Below, piece by piece: positions 58,434 to 64,000 of a stretch of DNA of 64,000 bases (positions are counted from its first letter, which is position 1; each line of letters opens with the position of its first letter). Origin of the DNA: an uncultured Acidobacteriota bacterium (lineage in GTDB: Bacteria; Acidobacteriota; Thermoanaerobaculia; UBA5066); contig CAVZYA010000002.1 of the NCBI GenBank assembly GCA_963779415.1, positions 1-64,000 of the forward strand, given 5' to 3'. The position numbers and the translations under genes are program-made. The notes under the pieces were generated by a model. That model searched no databases, was not told the DNA's origin, and was given only the letters and a program-made list of their open reading frames with translations.

Positions 58434-59549
58434 GTGACCGACAGAGGATACGACGAGGCGCGTCTCCACGAGGAGGCGAGGATGCCAGCGGAGCCCCACG
58501 GCCGCGCCCAGGCCGAGACCGGGCCGACGCCGCTCGTCCGCCTGCGCCGAAGCGGGCTCTTTTTCGCCGTCTGTGCGCTCGCGGGCGGACTCGTCGGCTT
58601 CGGAGCCTCCGCGCTTCGGGCTCCGCGCTACCGGGCCACCGCGACGCTCCTCGTCGTGGAGCCGCGGGGCGCTCCCCCGGGCTCGGTCGACTACCAGCTC
58701 ACCCCGATCCGTTCCTACACGGCCCTTCTCGGGTCGCCCGCCCTCGCCGCCTCCTGCGCGGCCGGCGGACCACTCCCCCGCGTCAAGGTGCGGATGCCCG
58801 AGAGCACGCGCCTTCTCGAGATCTCGGCCGAAGGAGAGGACGCCGCCGCGGTCGCCACCTTCGCCGGTTGTCTCGCCACTCGCGCGGTGGAGGAGAACCG
58901 CCGTCTGAACGCCGATGTGGCGCGCCGGGGCGAGTCGCAGGTGGCCGCGGCCCTCGAGGCCGCGCGGACAGAAGTCGAGAAGCAGGCTCTGGAGCTCACC
59001 CGCCTGCGGATCGCCTCCCTCGTGGAGCTGAGGCACTCCCTCCTGAAAGCGGCTTTGAGCCAGATTGCGGCCGCCACGGACGAGGAGAGACTCGCCCGGC
59101 AGCGCGTCGAGGAGGAGGAGGCCCGGAGCAAGAGCTTCGAGGAGAGCACCAAAACGCAGCCCGATGCGAAAGAGATGGCCGAGGTGGGCGCCGCCAGAGC
59201 GCAGGCAGGCGCCGCGGCGGCCCGGGCGGCGGTCACTGCCGCGTCGAAAGCGCGCACCGCCGCCGAGGCCAGCGCCGCCCGGCTCGAACGCGAGATCATC
59301 TCTCGCGAGGAGGAGCTTCTCCAGCTCAAGCGCCGCGTCGAGGACACGGCCGCCGGCGTGACCGAACTCGAGAAGCGGGCGGCACTGGCACCGCTCGAAT
59401 CGGCCAGCAAGGCCTTCGACCTTCAACTCGTGGCGCCGCCTTCGCCCGTGGCGCCGCGTGTCGGCCCTTCTCCCCTGCTCGTGGCCGCGATCGGGGCGCT
59501 CGCCGCGGTCTTTCTCGGGGCGCTCGTCGTCCTCTCACGCTCCGAGTAG
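58434..59549 (+). CDS. Wzz/GumC-like polysaccharide chain-length determinant
   Basis: TM, PRYRATATLLV, TRLLEIS, long coiled coil, PP.P...VGP, TM. Confidence 0.78.
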   Translation: MTDRGYDEARLHEEARMPAEPHGRAQAETGPTPLVRLRRSGLFFAVCALAGGLVGFGASALRAPRYRATATLLVVEPRGAPPGSVDYQLTPIRSYTALLGSPALAASCAAGGPLPRVKVRMPESTRLLEISAEGEDAAAVATFAGCLATRAVEENRRLNADVARRGESQVAAALEAARTEVEKQALELTRLRIASLVELRHSLLKAALSQIAAATDEERLARQRVEEEEARSKSFEESTKTQPDAKEMAEVGAARAQAGAAAARAAVTAASKARTAAEASAARLEREIISREEELLQLKRRVEDTAAGVTELEKRAALAPLESASKAFDLQLVAPPSPVAPRVGPSPLLVAAIGALAAVFLGALVVLSRSE

Positions 59550-59556
59550 GGGGAGC

Positions 59557-61062
59557 GTGGACCCGGCCCGCCCTCCCCGCCCCGCGCTCTACGTCTTCAT
59601 GGTGGCCGGCTCCGCGTGCGCCGCGCTGCTCGGGTTCGGGCGCGAGGCGACACTGGGGGCCCTGTTCGGGGCCAGCCGTGCCAGTGACGCCTTTTACGCC
59701 GCCCTCGCCATTCCGTTCACTCTGTCGTACTTCATCGTGGGGGGGGCGCTCGCCCCCGCGCTCACGGCCGCTCTCGCGGGGCGTCTGGAGGGGCGCGAGA
59801 CCGACGCGGCGCGCCTTCTCGTCCGGAACGCGCTCGCCGTGATCGGGGCCACAGGGGGCGCTCTGGCCCTCCTCCTCGGAATCGCGAGCGAAACGATCGC
59901 GCGGCTTCTCGTCCCGGGCTTCACGCCCGACCAGGCGCGGCTCACCGCGGTTCTCCTTTGCGAGCTTCTGCCCTACGGGCTCCTCACCGCCCTCGCGCTC
60001 CTCGCTGCCGCGGCGCTCAACGCGGCGGGAATCTACGAGACGCCGGTCGTGGCGGTCCTCGCGGCCAACGCCACGTCTTTCGCGCTGCTCCTCCTCTTCG
60101 GGCGAGCGACGGGAATCCACGCGGCGGCGTGGGCCCTCTCGGCCGGAAGTCTCCTCCACCTCCTGATCTCCCTGATTCGCCTCGTCGGGCTCGGTCTCCT
60201 TTCGCGCCCCGCCGGGCCCCACTCGCTGGCGTCCCTCCCCTGGCGTGATTCGGCCGTCCTCGGGCTCTCGCTCGGCCTGGCGGGAGCCGTGGACCTCGCC
60301 GAGCGTCTGTTCGCCTCGGCTGCCGGCGTCGGAGCGATCGCGCTTCTGGCTTTCGCGTCGAAGCTCATCCACCTGCCGATGCGGCTGTTCGCGGCTCCGC
60401 TGACGGCCGTGGCCTTCCCGCGTCTCGTGCGCGCCCGGCGGAAAGACGGTGCGCCGACGACACGCGAGTCGGACTCCACGGCACGGCTTCTCCTTCACCT
60501 TCTGCTCTACGCGGCCAGCGTCGCGGCGGGAGCCTCCGGACCGCTCGTGGCTCTCACGATGGGGCGGGGACGCTTCGACGCCGCTTCCGTCGACGCCCTC
60601 TCCCGATTGCTTCTCGTTCTCTCGCCGGCGATCGTCGCGATCGGATTCGTGGAGACCGGCTCGAAATACCTTCTCGCCGGCGGCCGCACGGGGGCGATCG
60701 CGTGGGCGCAGGCCGCGGGGCTCGGCAGCTACCTGCTCGCGGCGTCGCTTCTCACCCGTGAGGGGATCGTGGGCCTCGCGGCGGCGCGGGACATCGGATG
60801 GGGCGTGTCGGCGCTGGGCCTCATGCTGCCGCTTCTCCTCGCGCGTAAGGACCGACCCGCCGCCGGCAGCCTCCTCACGCCCTTTCTCGCCGCCATCGCA
60901 TCGGCGCTTCTGGCCGGGCTCGCCGTGCGCCATGCGCAGGGCGGCTCTCTGGTCCGCCTGGCCGTGGCCGCGCTCGCGGCTGCGGCCGCTTTCGCCCTCC
61001 TGACCTGGCTGGGACGCCTGGCGGCAACCGCAACGAAAGCTGCCCGTCCCGACGAAACGTGA
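59557..61062 (+). CDS. MurJ/MviN-like flippase
   Basis: LLGFGRE..LGALFGASRASDAFYAALAIP, LVPGF, KLIHLP..LF, GRGRFD; many TMs. Confidence 0.85.
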   Translation: MDPARPPRPALYVFMVAGSACAALLGFGREATLGALFGASRASDAFYAALAIPFTLSYFIVGGALAPALTAALAGRLEGRETDAARLLVRNALAVIGATGGALALLLGIASETIARLLVPGFTPDQARLTAVLLCELLPYGLLTALALLAAAALNAAGIYETPVVAVLAANATSFALLLLFGRATGIHAAAWALSAGSLLHLLISLIRLVGLGLLSRPAGPHSLASLPWRDSAVLGLSLGLAGAVDLAERLFASAAGVGAIALLAFASKLIHLPMRLFAAPLTAVAFPRLVRARRKDGAPTTRESDSTARLLLHLLLYAASVAAGASGPLVALTMGRGRFDAASVDALSRLLLVLSPAIVAIGFVETGSKYLLAGGRTGAIAWAQAAGLGSYLLAASLLTREGIVGLAAARDIGWGVSALGLMLPLLLARKDRPAAGSLLTPFLAAIASALLAGLAVRHAQGGSLVRLAVAALAAAAAFALLTWLGRLAATATKAARPDET

Positions 61063-63446
61063 TGCGGGGCCGATCCCTCGACCTCCCCTTCGCCGCGGCG
61101 GCATGTCTCGTGGCGGCGTCTTTCTTTTCCGGCGTGGCCGTCCCCGTGGGGACGCTGGAGGTCCGGCCGGAGCAGGTCGTGCCGCCGCTGGTCCTGTTGG
61201 TCTTCCTTGCCCGCCCGCTGGGACCGTTCCCTCGCGCGGGAATTGCCGTCGGCCTCTGGGTCGCCATCGGTCTCTTCAGCGCCCTCGGCCAACCAATCCC
61301 CGAGCGCGCGGCGGTCCATACGCTTCGCCTCCTCGTGACGTCTCTTCCGGTCCTTCTTCTTCCCGCACTTCTCCGCACGCGCGAGAAGGCCGAACGGGCC
61401 TGGGATCTCTTCCTGGCCCTGGCGTGCGCCGAAGCGGCCGTGTCGCTGGCCGCCCTCGCCGCGCACGGGGTTCTCGGCACCTCGTGGGGGGTCTTCGTAG
61501 AGAACCAGCTGCTGTTCGTCCACCCGATGGGAACCCTCCTCGAGCCCAACGTCCTGGGAATCGTCACGGCAGCCGGTGCGCTTGCATTTCTCCTCAGGCT
61601 TCTTTCGCCTCTTCTCGCACCGGCCCGGAGAGTCCTCTCCGCGCTCGGTGCACTCCTTCTGCTCGCCGCTCTCGGAGCGAGCCTGACGCGGACCGCCTGG
61701 CTGGCTCTTCCCGTCGGGCTTCTGGCCACACTTGCCACGGGGGGAGCCGGCGGGCCCCGGCCGGAAGGGTCCCACCGCACCGCGCTGAGGGTCGCGCTCG
61801 CCTGCGGAGTCCTGGTCGCCGCTCTTGCCGGCACGGCCGTGGCGCTTCGCCTCCCGGAGCAGCTCGAGGCCAGAACCGGAGTCGTCAGCAGGCTCTCCAT
61901 GCTTCTCGACCCCGCGCGGGACCCGAACGTGCAGGTCCGCCTGCGCACCTATGCCACGGCGCTCTCCCTCTGGGGTGAGTCGCCTCTCGTCGGTGTGGGG
62001 CACGGGGCCATGGAACGGACCGCGGGCACCGAGGACCGGACGCTCGCCTGGGCCGGAAACCTCGAGGTCCATCTCCTGGCCGACACCGGAGTCCTCGGTC
62101 TCGCGCTCATTCTTGGCTTCGTCGCGCTCGTTCTCGCGCGCGTTCTCATCGCGGCCCGTCGCTCGTCCGGCGAGGCCCGGCGCCGCCACGCGGAGCGGCT
62201 CGGCGCGATCGTGGTCCTCCTCATTTGCGCACAAGCCACGGAGACGAGCTGGCTCGGATCCTTCTGGGTCCTCTTCGGGCTCGCCCTTGCGAGCCTTCCG
62301 CCGCCGGCGCGCGAACCGGGCCCCCTTCGAATTCTTTACGTCCATCCGTCCGATGAGCTCTACGGCTCCGACCGCGTCCTTCTGGATCTCGTCCGAACGC
62401 TCGACAGGCGACAGGTGGAGCCGCTCGTCGTCCTCTCCTCCGACGTCCCTTATGCAGGGCGCCTCTGCCGTCGCCTGCAGGCGCTCGGGATCCCCGTCCT
62501 GCGCATGCGGCTGGGTGTGCTCCGGCGCCGGGTCCTCACGTCGCCGCTTAGGCTCCTGCGATACGCCGCCGACGTGACCGTGTCCACCGCCCGGCTGGCG
62601 GGCCTTCTCCGCACCCGGCGCATCGACATGGTCCATGCGAACACCGTGACCGTCTTCCCGGCGGCCTTCGCGGCCCGCCTGGCCGGGTGCCGACTGGTGT
62701 GGCACGTCCACGAGATCGTCACCGACCGGCCCGGGCGATTTCTCCTGCACCTGATGGTGACCGCGCTCGCCGATCGGCTGGTCGTCGTTTCGGGCGCGGC
62801 CCGAGCCGCAATGACGCCGTTCGGCAGACGCGCGGTCATCGTGCCCAACGGTGTGGAGTCCCGGCCGTATCTCCCGCCGCCGGCCGACCCGCCGGTCGTC
62901 GCGTATGTCGGCCGCCTCTCCCGCCGGAAGGGTCCCGAGGTCCTTCTCGACGCTGCCGCGCTTCTGATCTCCAGGCACCCGCACGCCCGGTTCGTCCTGG
63001 CCGGCGACGAGTTCGGCGGCGGTGACGATCTTCGCCGGGACCTCGAGCAGAAAGCCGGGCGCCTCGGACTCGGCGGAAGCGTGGAGTTTCGCCCCTTTCG
63101 CGAGGAGATCGGGGACGTCTTCGTGGAAGCCTCCGTGGTCGCGAGCCCTTCCGTCCTCCCCGAGTCTTTCGGTCTCGGTCTCCTGGAAGCCATGTCTTTC
63201 GGACGCCCCGTCGTGGCGACCCGGCTGGGCGGACCGGCAGAACTCGTGCGGGACGGGGAGACCGGCCTCCTCGTGCCGCCGTCCGATCCGGCCGCGCTGG
63301 CCGCCGCCCTGGACCGGCTCCTTGCCGACGCGTCGCTGGCCAGCCGGATGGGCGAGGCCGGCCGCCGACGCAGTCTCGAGAGTTTCTCGCTCGCGGCACA
63401 GGCCGCAGCCTTCCACCGCCTCTACGACGAACTCTCGGTCCGCTAG
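61059..63446 (+). CDS. O-antigen ligase/Wzy_C-like membrane domain fused to GT4 glycosyltransferase
   Basis: GTLLEPN, SLTRTAWL, SPLVGVG.G, N.EVHLLADTGVLG; then LYGSDR, HANT, WHVHE, VGRLSRRKG, ESFGLGLLEAMSFGRPVVAT, GETGLLVPP. Confidence 0.88.
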   Translation: MMRGRSLDLPFAAAACLVAASFFSGVAVPVGTLEVRPEQVVPPLVLLVFLARPLGPFPRAGIAVGLWVAIGLFSALGQPIPERAAVHTLRLLVTSLPVLLLPALLRTREKAERAWDLFLALACAEAAVSLAALAAHGVLGTSWGVFVENQLLFVHPMGTLLEPNVLGIVTAAGALAFLLRLLSPLLAPARRVLSALGALLLLAALGASLTRTAWLALPVGLLATLATGGAGGPRPEGSHRTALRVALACGVLVAALAGTAVALRLPEQLEARTGVVSRLSMLLDPARDPNVQVRLRTYATALSLWGESPLVGVGHGAMERTAGTEDRTLAWAGNLEVHLLADTGVLGLALILGFVALVLARVLIAARRSSGEARRRHAERLGAIVVLLICAQATETSWLGSFWVLFGLALASLPPPAREPGPLRILYVHPSDELYGSDRVLLDLVRTLDRRQVEPLVVLSSDVPYAGRLCRRLQALGIPVLRMRLGVLRRRVLTSPLRLLRYAADVTVSTARLAGLLRTRRIDMVHANTVTVFPAAFAARLAGCRLVWHVHEIVTDRPGRFLLHLMVTALADRLVVVSGAARAAMTPFGRRAVIVPNGVESRPYLPPPADPPVVAYVGRLSRRKGPEVLLDAAALLISRHPHARFVLAGDEFGGGDDLRRDLEQKAGRLGLGGSVEFRPFREEIGDVFVEASVVASPSVLPESFGLGLLEAMSFGRPVVATRLGGPAELVRDGETGLLVPPSDPAALAAALDRLLADASLASRMGEAGRRRSLESFSLAAQAAAFHRLYDELSVR

Positions 63447-63536
63447 AGCTCTGTCGCCCTCCATCGCTCGCCACAGACGCCGAGGACGGCGCCAGGAGGA
63501 AGGACGTCTCTTGGCAGTCGAAGTCGTCGAGAGTCG

Positions 63537-64000
63537 CTATGGACGGCGCGGAGCCGCCGGAGCGACCTCGGGCGGGAGACCGTCGATCTCCAGCAGGTTC
63601 GCGGTCGCCTGCCTCACCGCGACGACGGCGAAGGTCAGGTCCGGGGCGATTCCGAAGGAATGAAGCTCCATCTCCGGTTCGAACGTCGCGAGCTTCCGCC
63701 GCGTCCTTTCCGTCTCCTCTCCGGGCACGACGTCCTGCACGTAGATCGCCGTTCCGGCCCCATCGCCGCCGAGAAAGGCGATGCGGCGTCCGTCGGGCAT
63801 CCACCGGTGCCGGCCGGCGATGAAGCCGCGCCCCGGCGGGGGGGCCGGAATCCGGAAAACGGGCGCTCCGTCCGCGAGCCGGACGACGTTGATCGCAAAC
63901 GTCCCCCCCTGGCTCACGAAGGAGACCCACGCCCCGTCCGGCGAGATCTCGGGCAGGATCTTCAGGCCCGGAGCCAGTAGCTTCGCGTTCGTCCCGTCCG
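63537..64000 (-). CDS. C-terminal part of a WD40/TolB-like beta-propeller protein (5' end outside window)
   Basis: PEISPDGAWVSF, RWMPDGRRIAF, FGIAPD repeats; open to the window edge. Confidence 0.8.
   Translation of the reverse strand, partial: DGTNAKLLAPGLKILPEISPDGAWVSFVSQGGTFAINVVRLADGAPVFRIPAPPPGRGFIAGRHRWMPDGRRIAFLGGDGAGTAIYVQDVVPGEETERTRRKLATFEPEMELHSFGIAPDLTFAVVAVRQATANLLEIDGLPPEVAPAAPRRP

Overview
GC-rich bacterial window; gene content tentatively suggests Acidobacteriota (inference only). It has two halves. Right half (~32-64 kb) is core chromosome: gluQ, GT-C-type membrane proteins, tyrA, tyrS, udk, iscS, tandem-domain thyX, eno, ftsB, tRNA-fMet, class I fumarase, a Ser/Thr kinase fusion and a polysaccharide export/glycosylation operon. 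It also holds a Bcp peroxiredoxin missed by the ORF track, whose catalytic Cys codon is an in-frame TGA followed by a hairpin (probable selenoprotein). Left half (1-31.9 kb) lies downstream of a minus-strand tRNA-Asn and looks like a long-used integration hotspot. The tRNA 3' end plus conserved flanking arms recurs as att-like junctions (7.1-7.4, 12.7-12.9, 22.6 kb; partial arms at 1.3, 3.2, 23.2, 28.6 kb). These separate unrelated cargo blocks, and no integrase is visible in the window. About 15 TGT...ACA transposon ends, one intact IS3, a MITE derived from it, and IS3/IS21/IS481-like remnants are mixed in. Most notable cargo: (i) a two-gene operon behind a Fur-box-like operator, encoding a 100-aa protein with a duplicated VFPxGIxxP(D/E) motif coupled to a radical SAM enzyme lacking SPASM cysteines; (ii) an AmmeMemoRadiSam + spermidine-synthase-like block whose proteins carry export-like signals. 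All calls are by-eye motif recognition; no searches were run.
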